From Malacoraja senta (Eukaryota): a stretch of 64,000 bases of DNA. Made by a program: the position numbers and the translations under genes. The notes under the pieces are model-generated. The model searched no databases and had not been told where the DNA came from. It worked only from the letters and a program-made list of their open reading frames with translations. The DNA lies in the NCBI GenBank assembly GCA_038087875.1, contig CM075994.1, positions 8,186,001-8,250,000 of the forward strand, read 5' to 3'. Positions 27,801 through 40,331 of this stretch are shown here, in pieces; the first letter of the stretch is position 1, and every line of letters begins with the position of its first letter.

Positions 27801-29643
27801 GTTGGATCACAAAGTATTTAATGACTGTGGCTCGATGGAACACTAAAAGATCGAGATGTTTGCATCCAGGCTCAATCACCAGTTGCAAAAAATATATGGC
27901 ATATCAGTGGCGATGGATGCATTCTCGCTACACTGGGGAGGAATATTCTTTTATGTCTTCCTCCATATGGCCTCAAATTCAGCAAGTTCCCGCTTCAGGC
28001 ATTTTCCTAGTGCCTGACCGGCCTATACAGCCATGGTTCCCGCTGATGTTGGGAATGATAATAGAACCTTATATGGTTATTTTTAGACACAAAAAATTTG
28101 CTGGTTTAGGGAATCCATCCTCTGCATGATAACATCAATTCATTGACTTGCAGACTCTGAGAAGACCGTTCCTGCGGCTCGGGTTGTTTAACCAAACCAT
28201 GGACGTGCTCACTGCAGATTGCAGGGATAGCACCAAATAAGCAGTACTTTTCCTCATAAGGAGATGGGAAGTATTTTGTTTTATGCTAATATTACATATA
28301 ATTCGGCACGGATGACTGACGTCTTGAAGTTCAGTTTTATATGGGGTTTTGACAATCGTTAAGTTAAAGTGCCATTTACTAGTGCCTAACGTGTCTTCTC
28401 ATCATATTGGCTGCGGGGAGCAGAATCCACTCTGTTGGGACTCACCCTCTGATATCTAGATTATGAAGGGTATCTTCAACTCGAAACCTCCCAGGCCCAG
28501 GTACGCAGAGATATGGGATGTTAACTGTGCTATGTCACTTCGCCGGTGGGCTCCAGCTACATCCCTGTCCTTGGTCATACTCACTTACAAAGTGGTTATG
28601 CTCATGGCGCTGAGTTCAGCGCAACGGGTCCAGTCATTGCATAAGCTGTGACTGGACAGGATGACCCGTTGCGCTGAACTCTGTTGCAGGAAAATTAACA
28701 TTTTATGTTTATGACTTAGCCAAGCAGAATAGACCAGGGGCATCACGTCTTAAACTAGATTTGTTGGCATATCCCATGGACCTTCGGTTGTGTGTGGTCA
28801 TACATCTACACCAGTATGTTTAGGTCACTAAGAGCCTTAGAGGCTCTGAACTAGCAATGTTTGTTAGTTACATAAAGCCTCATAAGAAGGTATCACTACA
28901 GACCATCTCCAGGTGGTTAAAACGGGTTCTGGCTTATACAGGAGTGAACACTGACATTTTCAAGTCTCACTCGACCAGGGCTGCAACAACATCAGCAGCA
29001 GGGTTATGGACATTTCGCGGGACCACATCCTAGCAGCTGCAGGATGGTCAAACGAACGATCCTTTCAAACATTTTATAACTAACCCATGGCCAGACTGGG
29101 GCGATTTGCCAACTCTATGTTAGATTCTGTTTTATAGTTTCCTCCCTGTTGAGGGAGATTTATCATTATTTGTTCATTAAAAGCATCAACATGTCTATAA
29201 CTATGTCATGTCTGAATGCATTCTTAATGTTCACTCATCATTGGTCAACCGATGCAGTGTGTGACGCATGGACTCGTTTCCATGGCATGAAATCACAGAG
29301 CTTTGAAATCTTCACGTAGTCACTCACGTGACTCCGAAGTAAAATAGTAAGATTAAACGAGAAATTACCAGTTTGAAGTTTGATCTTTATTTTATGAGGA
29401 GTTACGTTGAAGGATTACGTGCCCTCCGCTCCCAACCCCCTATCATAAAGATCAGCTGGTATTCTAGTCTTCTCTAATCTTACTATGTTTAGTTCAACAA
29501 CTGTTATCTGTGATCTCACACCGCTGCTTTGAAGATTGACGCGCATGCGTGCTGGCAGGTTCTTCACGTAATCCCTCAACGTAACTCCTCATAAAATAAA
29601 GATCAAACTTCAAACTGGTAAGTTCTCGTTTAATCTTACTATT
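24861..29643 (+). mobile_element. DIRS1-type tyrosine-recombinase retrotransposon, full length but ORFs degenerate
   Basis: Inverted terminal repeats. Internal complementary region at ~29311-29421 matches both ends. RT remnant (GLTSAPRLFTKLLKPV, ~26940-26990). YR motif HSTR at 28968-28979, then AAGWS...F..FY. Interrupts a CR1 fragment at a T run. Confidence 0.92.
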
Positions 29644-30039
29644 TTTTTGTATACAAGCCCTCTTGAAATAAATGCTAACATTGCGTTTGCTTTCTTTACT
29701 ACCGATTCGACTTGTAGATTAACTGTTGGGGAATCCTGCACCAGCACTCCCAAGTCCCTTCCTTTGCACCTCCGATTTCTGGATTCTCTCACCATTCAGA
29801 AAATAGTCTATGCCTTTATTCCGACAACCAAAATGCATGAGTCCGCACTTCGCTACATTATATTCCATCTGCCACTTCTCTGCCCACTCTCCCAACCTGT
29901 CCAAGTCCTTCTGCAGAGACCATTGGGACAATGTCCAAATGATGGTCAAGTTTCCATTTGCAAATCCGTCGGGATGGCACTGCAAGGCAGTAACTGTGCC
30001 TCTGCGCCACCATGCCCCCCCCCCCCCCCCGTACCTCTA

Positions 30040-31010
30040 ACTCCATCTACGCCGCATCTGCGCCCAGGATGAGGTGTTCCAAACCAGGGCATCGGAGATG
30101 TCCTCATTCTTTAGGGAACGGGGATTCCCCTCTTCGATTATAGATGAGGCTCTCACCAGGGTCTCCTCCATATCCCGTAGCTCCGCTCTCACTCCCCATC
30201 CCCCCCACTCGTAACAATGACAGAGCCACCCCCCTTGTCCTCACCTTCCACCCCACCAGCCGTCACATACAACAGATAATGCTCCGACATTTTCACCACC
30301 TCCAACGTTATCCCACCACTGGCCACATCTTCTCATCTCCTCCCCTGTCTGCTTTCCGCAGAGACTGCTCCCTCCGTAACTCGCTAGTCAATTCGTCCCT
30401 TCCCACCCAAACCACTGCAGGAAATGCTACACTTGTCGCTTTATCTCCCCCCTTGACTCCATTCAAGGACCTAAGCTGTCATTCCAGGTGAGGCAGAGGT
30501 TCACCTGCACCTCTTCCAACCTCATCTACTGTATCCGCTGTTTCAGGTGCCAGCTGCTCTACATCGGTGAGACCAAGCGTAGGTTTGGCGATCGCTTCGC
30601 CCAACACCTCCACTCAGTTCACATTAACCAACCAGATCTCCCGGTGGCTCAGCACTTCAACTCCCACTCCCATTCCGAATCCGATCTTTCTGTCCTCCGC
30701 CTCCTCCATGGCCAAAGTGAGGCCCACCACAAATTGGAGGAGCAGCACCTCATATTTCGCTTGGGCAGTTTACACCCCAGCGGTATGAACATTGACTACC
30801 CCAATTTCAGGTAGTCCTTGCTTTCTCCCTCCTTCCCCTCCCCTTCCCAGCTCCCCCACAGCCCACTGTCTCCCACTCTTCCTTTCTTCTTATCGCCCCC
30901 CCCAACCCCAACATCAGTCTGAAGAAGGGTCTCGACATGACACGTCATCTATTCCTTCGCTCCATAGATGCTGCCTCACCCGCTGAGTTTCTCTAGCATT
31001 ATTATCCACC
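30040..31010 (+). mobile_element. Penelope-like element 3' fragment with GIY-YIG endonuclease (relatives at ~9110-9535, 13670-13970, 55010-55440, 56130-56300)
   Basis: ORF 30488-30814: NLIYCIRC..CQLLYIGETKR...RFAQH...E.HLI..L.SL.P.GMN. Followed by a hammerhead-like tail. Confidence 0.85.
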
Positions 31011-31603
31011 TTGTACCTCCACCTCTCACTCCACTAAATCTCAAAATTAAAGGGCCCTCTTTTAGTAAAGGCGAGGGGGAACCTCTTTAGTCAGAGGGTA
31101 GTTGAGCAGTGGAAATCATTGCCAGAGGGCAAGTCAATTCATATTTTTAAGGCAGAGATAGCCAAATACTTGATTAGAAGGTGCGTCAAGGGCTATGGGC
31201 AAAATGGGGTTAGGAGGCAGAGATCAGCCATGATTGAATGGCAGATTGGACGTGATGGGCCAAATGGCCTAATTGTACTACTATAACTTGTGAACTTGTA
31301 CACACTGTGGACATTAACTTTACTTTAGCTCGAAAACAGGCCCTTCGGCCCACCAAGTCCGTGCCAACCAGCCTACCAACCTTTAATTTTCAATTTTAAA
31401 GGCTAACTGAATCAAGAGATATGGGGAGAAGGCAGGAACGGGTTACTGATTTTGGATGATCAGCCATGATCATATTGAATGGCGGTGCTGGCTCGAAGGG
31501 CCCATACCTGTACCTATTTTCTATGTTTCTACTATCCCCATGCGCACCAGCACTATCCTGCACACACGAGGGACAATTTGAAGAAGCCTCGATGGCCCGA
31601 ATG

Positions 31604-32127
31604 TAGTGTTGCCAACTGTCCCGTATTAGCCGGGACATCCCGTATATTGGGCTAAATTGGGTTGTCCCGTACGGGACCGCCCTTGTCCCGTATTTGACTG
31701 CTACTACTCGGGTCGAGGGGACTGTCGGGTCAGAGCTCCGCGTCCGGCCCCGCCTCACCCGTCCCAACATAATGAAGCCCATGGAGTGCAGCAGCACCAG
31801 CAGCGCCTCGCCCGTGGCCCCGTCGGTTGGCAGCCCGGCCAGCTGTCCGACCTTCGGACCTTCGCTTACCGCCGACACCACCACCCCTCCTTCTCATGGC
31901 CGATCGTCGGTTCATGAGTTGGATGGGGTGCCGGACTTGGCGCGCGGCCCCCGGGCCAAAACTCCTCAGCTGGCCCCGCCGGCTGGGCTTTGTGTGCAGT
32001 CCAGCACCCGGGCCAACTCATCATTCACCCAGACATGGCCGAGTCGGTTAAGGAATTGCCGTTGAGAATTTGTCCTGTATTTTGACCTTTTGTCCCTTAT
32101 TTGGGAGTGAGAAAGTTGGCGACCCTA
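31604..32127 (+). mobile_element. hAT-like MITE (other copies at ~6570-6900 and ~42430-42945, minus strand)
   Basis: Ends TAGTGTTGCCAACT / AGTTGGCGACCCTA, imperfect 8-bp flanks (cccgaatg / gccaaatg), three homologous copies in the window. Confidence 0.7.
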
Positions 32128-32274
32128 GCCAAATGGTAACTCTACTCTGGTAACATGAACTTGCGAACTTGCCAAAAGCCTGGCGAGTGAGGGGAAACCA
32201 GAGCAGTAGAAGAGGGGAAATCTCGCGGTTACAGCTTCCTGGTGTCTGATGCCCGTTTCTTCTGACTCTTGCAG

Positions 32275-32401
32275 GTTTTTTACCGGAAGGACCTGTACGA
32301 TTTTGGCATCTCTTACGGAGGAGGCCGGAACGCCGCGGCTGTCTTCGAGGATGCGGGACTGCGCTACCTCTCCGATCTGTTGCCCTCGTCGGAACTGAGC
32401 A
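32275..32401 (+). CDS. C4: C4-like gene 1 exon (LNK): VFYRKDLYDFGISYGGGRNAAAVFEDAGLRYLSDLLPSSELS
   Basis: ttgcag/gtgagt boundaries, 127 bp, phase 0 to 1. Matches C4 VF....SYDLGCGPGGG.....VF..AGL, but the Cys is replaced by Ile. Confidence 0.93.
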
Positions 32402-34439
32402 GTGAGTAGGGGGAAACGCAACGGGAAACGGCGGAGAGAGTGTGTGCAGATGGACGATATAAGATAGGAAATAATATAGAAATGGTGTTGTCAAGCTTGA
32501 AAGGGTGCAGAGAAGATTTACGAGGATGTTGCCAGGACTAGACGGAGCTATTGGGAGAGGTTGAGCAGGCTGGGTCTCTATTCCATGGAGCGCAGGAGGA
32601 TGAGAGGTGATCTTATAGAGGTGTATAAAATCGTGAGAGGAATAGATCGGGCAGACGCACAGAGTCTCTTGCCCAGAGTAGGAGAATCGAGGACCAGAGG
32701 ACATAGGTTTAAGGTGAAGGGGAAAAGATTTAATAGGAATCTGAGAGGTAACTTTGTCACACAAAGGGTGGTGGGTGTATGGAACAAGCTGCCAGAGGAG
32801 GTAGTTGAGGCTGGGACTATCCCAATGTTTAATAAACAGTTAGACAGGTACATGGATAGGACAGGTTTGGAGGGATATGGTCCAAGCGCAGGCAGGTGGG
32901 ACTAGTGTAGCTGAGGCATGTTGGCCGTTGTGGGCAAGTTGGGCTGAAGGGCCTGTTTCCACGCTGTATCACTCTATGACGCTAAAGGACTGAAACATGG
33001 AAGCTAATTACCTGGATGGTGAGAGAGTGGGGAGAGGATGTTTCCACTAGTGGGAGAGTCCAGGACCAGAGGACACGGCCTCAGAATTAAAGGACGTTCC
33101 TTTAGAAAGGAGATGAGGAGGAACTTCTTTAGTTAGAGGGTGGTGAATCTGTGGAACTATTTGCCACAGACAGTTGTGGAGGCCAAGTCAGTGGGTATTT
33201 TTAATGAAGCGATAGATAGATTCTTGAGTTTAGTAGAATGAGGGGGGACCTCATTGAAGCGTATGGAGGGATGCAAGTCCGATCGGCCGCGGAAGTCCCG
33301 ATGAGGTAGAGATCGGCCGCCTCACCCGGACTAGGCGCCACATTTTCGGGGGGACTTCCAGGGGGGATTTCAAGCGCACTCTCGTAATTTTGTCCGGATT
33401 AAAGGAGTTGCCGGATCACCAGTTGTCGGAATAGATGTGTGGTGGGCCTGTATATTCTCTGGAGCCTAGTTCCTCATTGAAACTTCCCAAATAGTGAAAG
33501 GCCTGGATAGAGTGGATGTGGAGAGGATGTTTCCACTAGTGGGAGAGTCTAGGACCAGAAGTCACAGCTTCAGAATTTATGGATGTTTTTTAGGAAGGAG
33601 ATGAGGAGGAATTTCTTCAGTCAGATGAGTGCCCTCTGCTCTATTAGAAAGATGATGGCCTTCATAACAAGAGGAGTTGAGTATAGGAGCAAATAGGTCC
33701 TTCTGCAGTTGTACAGGGCCCTAGTGAGACCACATCTGGAGTATTGTGTGCAGTTTTGGTCTCCAAATTTGAGGAAGAACATTCTTGCTATTGAAGGAGT
33801 GCAGCGTAGGTTCACGAGGTTAATTCCCAGGCTGGCGGGACTGTCATATGCTGAGAGAATGGAACGGCTGGGCTTGTATTCTCTGGAATTTAGAAGGATG
33901 AGAGGCTATCTTATTGAAACATATAAGATTATTAAGGGATTGGACACGCTAGAGGCAGGAAACATGTTCCCGATGTTGGGGGAGTCCAGAACCAGGGGTC
34001 ACAGTTTAAGAATAAGGGGTAAGCCATTTAGAACGGAGATAAGGAAAAACGTTTTCACCCAGAGAGTTGAGTCTGTGGAATTCTCTGCCTCAGAGAGCAG
34101 TGGAGGCCGGTTCAAGGGATGCTTTCAAGAGAGAGGTATTTAGGGCTCTTAAAGATAGCGGTCAGGGGATATGGGGAGAAGGCAGGAATGGGGTACTGAT
34201 TGTGGATGATAAGCCATGATCACATTGGGTGGCGGTGCTGGCTCGAAGGGTCGAATGTCCTACTCCTGCACCTATTGTCCATTGTGAATGTGGGGAATTC
34301 ATTGCCACAGAAGGCTGTGGAGTCCAGGTCATTGGGTATTTTTAAGGCAGAGATAGATAGATTCTTGAGTTTATTAATAATTCAGGTATCTGAGGTTATC
34401 TCCCCGTAACCCCTGACACCCGCACTAATCACGAATCTA

Positions 34440-36052
34440 CAGTGGCTTGCAAAAGTTTTCATACCCCTTGAAATCTTCCACATTTTGTCACGTTACAACC
34501 ACAAACGTAAATGTATTTTATTGGGATTTTATGTGATAGACCAACACAAAGTGGTGCATAATTGTGAAGTGGAAGGAAAATGATACATGGTTTTCAAATT
34601 TTTTTACAAATAAAAAACTGAAAAGTGTCGCGTGCAAAAGTATTCAGCCCCCCTGAGTCAATACTTTGTAGAACCATCTTTCGCTGCAATTACAGCTGCA
34701 AGTCTTTTGGGGTATGTCTCTACCAGCTTTGCACATCTAGAGTGAAATGTTTGCCCATTCTTCTTTGCAAAATAGCTCAAGCTCAGTCAGATTGGATGGA
34801 GAGCGTCTGTGAACAGCAATTTTCAAGTCTTGCCAGAGATTCTCAATTGGATTTAGGTCTGGACTTTGACTGGGCCATTCTAACACATGAATATGCTTTG
34901 ATCTAAACCATTCCATTGCAGCTCTGGCTGTATGTTTAGGGTCGTTGTCCTGCTGGAAGGTGAACCTCCGCCCCAGTCTCAAGTCTTTTGCAGACTCTAA
35001 CAGGTTTTCTTCCAAGATTGCCCTGTATTTGGCTCCATCCATCTTCCCATCAACTCTGACCAGCTTCCCTGTCCCTGCTGAAGAAAAGCATCCCCACAGC
35101 ATGATGCTGCCACCACCATGTTTCACAGTGGGGATGGTGTGTTCAGGGTGATGTGCAGTGTTAGGTTTCTGCCACACATAGCGTTTTGCATTTAGGCCAA
35201 AAACATCAATTTTGGTCTCATCTGACCAGAGCACCTTCCACCACATGTTTGCTGTGTCCCCCACATGGCTTGTGGCAAACTGCAAACGGGACTTCTTATG
35301 GCTTTTTTTCAACAATGGCTTTCTTCTTGCCACTCTTCCATAAAGGCCCGATTTGTGGAGTGCACGACTAATAGTTGTCCTGTGGACAGATTCTCCCACC
35401 TGAGCTGTGGATCTCTGCAGCTCCTCCAGAGTTACCATGGGCCTCTTGGCTGCTTCTCTGATCAATGCTCTCCTTGCCCGGCCTGTCAGTTTAGGTGGAT
35501 GGCCATGTCTTGGTAGGTTTGCAGTTGTGCCATACTCTTTCCATTTTCGGATGATGGATTGAACAGTGCTCCGTGAGCTGTTCAAAGCTTGGGATATTTT
35601 TTTATAACCTAACCCTGCTTTAAACTTCTCCATAACGTTGTCCCTGACCTGTCTGGTGTGTTCCTTGGGCTTCATGTTGCTGTTTGTTCACTAATGTTCT
35701 CTAACAAACCTCTAAGGCCTTCACAGAACAGCTGTATTTATACTGAGATTAGATTACACACAAGTTGACTCTTTACTAATTAGGTGACTTCTGAAGGCAA
35801 TTGGTTGCACTGGATTTTATTTAGGGGTATCAGAGTAAAGGGGGCTGAACACTTTTGCACGCGACACTTTTCAGTTTTTTATTTGTAAAAAAATGTGAAA
35901 ACCATGTATCACTTTCCTTCCACTTCACAATTATGCGCCACTTTGTGTTGGTCTATCACATAAAATCCCAATAAAATACATTTACGTTTGTGGTTGTAAC
36001 GTGACAAAATGTGGAAAAGTTCAAGGGGTATGAATACTTTTGCAAGCCACTG
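34440..36052 (-). mobile_element. Tc1-family (DD34E) DNA transposon, 1613 bp
   Basis: Ends CAGTGGCTTGCAAAAG / CTTTTGCAAGCCACTG, with ~200-bp inverted repeats and TA target duplication (34438-39, 36053-54). Confidence 0.97.
34737..35675 (-). CDS. Tc1 transposase (312 aa; C-terminal ~27 aa lost to a frameshift)
   Basis: Paired-like HTH N-terminus plus WSDETK, QQDNDPKH and SPDLNPIE motifs. The expected tail SRCAKLVETYPKRLAAVIAAKDGSTKY* continues in another frame. Confidence 0.92.
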   Translation of the reverse strand: MKPKEHTRQVRDNVMEKFKAGLGYKKISQALNSSRSTVQSIIRKWKEYGTTANLPRHGHPPKLTGRARRALIREAAKRPMVTLEELQRSTAQVGESVHRTTISRALHKSGLYGRVARRKPLLKKSHKKSRLQFATSHVGDTANMWWKVLWSDETKIDVFGLNAKRYVWQKPNTAHHPEHTIPTVKHGGGSIMLWGCFSSAGTGKLVRVDGKMDGAKYRAILEENLLESAKDLRLGRRFTFQQDNDPKHTARAAMEWFRSKHIHVLEWPSQSPDLNPIENLWQDLKIAVHRRSPSNLTELELFCKEEWANISL

Positions 36053-36237
36053 TAAATCTCTTTTTTAAAAATATCCACCGACTTGGCCTTCTTTGGCAAT
36101 GAATTCCACACATTCACCACTGGACTATTTTATTCAATCATGTGAGGGGAGCATTTCTATAACGAGAGGGGCAGCCCAGACGTAAAATGCTGGAGTAACT
36201 CAGCGGGACAGGCAGCATCGCTGGAGAGAAGGAATGG

Positions 36238-36272
36238 GTGACGTTTCGGGTCGAGACCCTTCTTCAGACTGA
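36238..36272 (-). ncRNA. Minimal hammerhead ribozyme motif in a Penelope-derived repeat (also 13558-13590 -, 43803-43833 +)
   Basis: Minus strand reads gt-CTGAAGA-A-GGGTC-TC-GACCC-GAAA-CG-TC-ac: the conserved core, stem II and a palindromic minimal stem III. Confidence 0.6.
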
Positions 36273-36791
36273 GAGTCAGGGGAGAGGGAGACAAGGGATT
36301 TTGATGATGATGATATAGAACAATGAATGAAAGATCATACATCATTGTCTATATCTCTCATCTCCCTCTCCCCTGACTCTCAGTCTGAAGAAGGGCCTCG
36401 ACCAGAAACATCACCCAATCAGTCAATGAATCAGTCAATTTTTATTGTATAGCATATTTAAAAACAACTCACGTTGACCAAAGTGCTGTACATCAGTGCA
36501 TGTACTAATGTGCTACATACAATGGTACACAGACCTAACAATACATACATAAACTGTTTACAGCGCCCCCTCAGAGGGACTCAAAAATGCTAGGGAGTAG
36601 AAATAGGTTTTAAGCCTCGACTGAAAGGAGTCGATGGGAGGGGGCAGTTCTGATGAGGAGAGGGAGGCTGTTCCACAGTCTAGGTGCTGCAACCGTAAAA
36701 GCGCAGTCACCCCTGAGCTTAAACCTGGATCGTGGGATAGTCAGTAGCCCCAAGTCGGCCGACCTGAGGGACCTGGAGGTAGAATGGTGGG

Positions 36792-37379
36792 TGTTACGAC
36801 TCCCGAATGCAGGTACTTCAGAGCCGCGTAACATAATCCAAAAAGCAGGTTCAAGTTCAAAAATAGTTTTAATTATTCAATGGAACACAAAACCCAAACC
36901 TGATTCCAACAAACCAGTCAGGGATATGGATGGACTAAGAAACAATTTAACAGTGCTCCAGCCAGCCACGTGATGGACCGTCGAACCAGAGACTCTAAAA
37001 CATGCCTAAAGAGATATAACCCTGAAACAAAATACACGAAAACACTAAGGTCAGCCCTTATCCGTCCCAATTCAATATTTGTAATTAAGTAATTGTGAAA
37101 GTACACAAAGTTCTATGCCATGTGGCCAGGCCTTCCGCAGCTCACTCCAGCAGTCAGCTCACCAGTCAGGGTCGACGAAGAAGAGCGAGAATCCTGGGAA
37201 GGCTCTGGTATTTAAGCTTCAGATGAGTCACCCGTCACCTGACGCAGCTTGGCCAATCGGGTACAGGAGTCTTTTAACCCTTTGATTCCAGACTCACAGC
37301 CACAAGGCCTGCACTCGGGAAAGAAACAGAGAAAGGTAAGTACATAGCATTCACCAGGGGGGGGGGGGAGCACCTAACA
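36792..37379. mobile_element. Solo LTR (588 bp)
   Basis: Begins TGTTA and ends TAACA, flanked by an exact 5-bp duplication GTGGG. Interrupts an L2-like LINE fragment. Confidence 0.8.
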
Positions 37380-40235
37380 GTGGGCTAGAAGATTTTTTAT
37401 ATATTCCTTGTCTCTAGAGATGCTGCCTGTCCCGCTGAGTTACTCCAGCACTTTGTGTCTATCATTGAACACTGCTATATTCGGTTTAAACCAGCTGATC
37501 CCCATGCACTAGCTCGAGTTCTGCAGTCCTGACACTGCTATCATCTGTCTAAACAGCAGTTCCTTCCGACACGGTGGTAGAGCTGCTGCCTTTCATCGCC
37601 AGGCCAGCGATCCCCTATCCTACACACACTAGGGACAAGTTACAATTTACAGAAGCCAATTAATCTACAAACCTGCACAACTTTGGAGTGTGGGAGGAAA
37701 CCGGAGCACCCGGAGAAAACCCACGCTCGTCACGGAGAGAATGTACGGACAGCGCCTGTGGTCGGGATCATTCCCGGGTCTCTGGGGCTGTGAGGCAGCA
37801 ACTCTACCGCTGCGCCGCTGTGCTGGACCTGCCTAGATGACGGGACTAATTATTCATATGCCTCTCTCTAGCAAAGTTACAACATTTTGAGATTTAAAAA
37901 ATCAAGTCTGCAATTTATCCCATCAGATAAAGCATAAAAATAAGTTTATTTTGACACTTAATTCACTTTCATATCTTCAGTATTAAAAAGTTATGGCTAT
38001 TTTCATACTCGGAAATTAGCATCTTGTTCCCTATTGCTTTTCCATTGACTTAACACAAAAGCTGTGATCAAGGACAGTCAAAAGCCCATAACTTTCTTAA
38101 AAATCAAGAGAACTGAATGAAATGTTCAGTTATTATAGATTGAAGAATTCTGAAACAAATATAAAACATCTTACTTGGATGACCTGAAATTAAAGCATAT
38201 AATTAGTTAGTTAGCTAATTGTAATTAATTACAAAATTGACTGTTGTGACAGAAATAGTAATAAACACCCAGACTGCCTTGAAAATTCAAAAATGTGATA
38301 TTCTCAAGATCAGAACTTTAATATTATTGTATTATATGCTGTAAATCCGTAAGATAGGTAAATAAATTAAAATTTCTAGCAATAGACCAAGTCTTTATGG
38401 AGAAGATCAGTTGCTAGCTGGTACATTGGCACATCATAATCAGTAACATCATCATACTCCTCAGATTGTAACCAATAAGCAACTCTGTACACCTTGTTTT
38501 TCCACAACTTCAATTTTGGCATTGTAAACTACAAGTTTTTGCTCTTCAAACCACGCATGACATGCCTTTCTGCCCACTACTTTCCCATTAAGAATGTCCT
38601 GTAGATTCCATTTCTTACAAAAAGGATATTTTAGAAAAATAGGCTAAGTATCCAAATAACAAACTGATCCCATTCACACTAGAATTCACAATATAACATG
38701 ATTTTTAAATCTCACTGTCATGAATTTATATGCCAGATGGAAGGAATTTAATGTTTAATTCCCATAAATTAATCGAGAAACATCCACTCAATATAATTTA
38801 AATTATTATTTTTTGCACAATACATGGGACTAAAACTGATATTTAGTATAATAATATTGACGATGGATAGACAATAACACAAAATATTGACTATTTAGAT
38901 GCTCTTGTGACATGATTGTCCAAAAAAAAAGCATTTAAATCATCTAGCAAGTGGGTTTTTCTGGAACGCGATCGATTGGAACATTGTATTTGTGGTGAAT
39001 TTGAACCCCATATCGGCAAGAAAAACACTGCCGGTTCGTATGGGGCCCAAATCACATATTCGCATCGTAAAATTTGATTAAAGCCATCCCAAGAAACAAG
39101 TTTATATGTAAAATAAATTGACTTACATTTTGTTTTGTCCCGTTCATGTGATCCGTCACGTTGTAGGCATTGAGGGCGTTAGAAGTCGCTTTTTATTTTA
39201 ATGTAATTATTAAATTGTCTCGCGATTAAATAAATCGTGAACGGAAGTCCGATCGATTGTTCTTCAGCAGCTGGCAGCCCGAGAAAGTCCGCCTCCGACA
39301 GGCAGTAGAAAACTCAATTTTAATCCTCCCCCCCCCCAAAGGCGCCAAAGTCGTGCACACGGCCAGTGGCAGAACTGCAACGCCGCTGAAGGTAAGTTTT
39401 GTAACATTGCTACGCTCTCTCTCGAGCTGCACCTTGTTAAACCCCTTCATCCCTCTGCCCCTTATGTGAGACGGCCACAAGAAACACACTGATTGATCAG
39501 TTCAGTTTAGTTTATTGTCACGTGTACCGAGGTACAGTGAAAAGCTTTTGTTGGGTGCTAACCAGTCAGCGGAAAGACTATACATGATTACAATCGAGCC
39601 ATCCACAGTGTACAGATACATGATGAGGGAATAACGTTTAGTGCAAGGTAAAGCCAGTAAAGTCCGGTCAAGGATAGTCCGAGGGTCTCCAATGAGGTAG
39701 ATAGTAGTTCAGGACTGCTCTCTGGTTGTGGTAGGATGGTTCAGTTGCCTGATAACAGCTGGGAAGAAACCGTCCCTGAATCTGGAGGTGTGCTTTTTCA
39801 CACTTCTGTATCTCTTGCCCGATGGGAGAGGGGAGAAGAGGGAGCGACTGTGCGACTGTCGCCGGGGTGCGACTGGTCCTTGATTATGCTGCTGGCCTTG
39901 CCGAGGCAGCGTGAGGTGCAGATGGGATCGATGGAAGGGAGGTTGGCTTGTGTGATGGTCTGGGCTGCTGGACTTGCCGAGGCAGCGTGAGGTGTGGATG
40001 GAGTCAATGGAAGGGAGCTTGGTTTGTGTGATGGTCTGGGCTGCGTCCACAACTCTCTGCGATTTCTTGCGGCATGGAAGGTGTGGGAAGTTATGGGTTT
40101 GGGAAACAATTTCAAAGGATGTTGAGGGGGTGATGTTGCACCTGTATAAGAGGGCACATTTAGAGTGTCGTGTTCAGTTCAGGTGTCGATGGAGTCAGTG
40201 GAAGGGAGGTTGTTTCATCGTTTGATTATTTGCAG

Positions 40236-40286
40236 AGGTGTCGTCTGTTCCATGGCACAGAAGTCAGCTGCAGACACCGAGATATG
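40236..40286 (+). CDS. Candidate 51-bp linker exon of gene 1: (K)VSSVPWHRSQLQTPRY(D)
   Basis: tttgcag acceptor and G|gtgagc donor, open, phase 1-1, in non-repeat-looking sequence at the position of the C4 beta/alpha junction exon. No clear homology. Confidence 0.55.
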
Positions 40287-40331
40287 GTGAGCCACGATCA
40301 ATTTATTCAACATGGAACACATTGTGATCAT

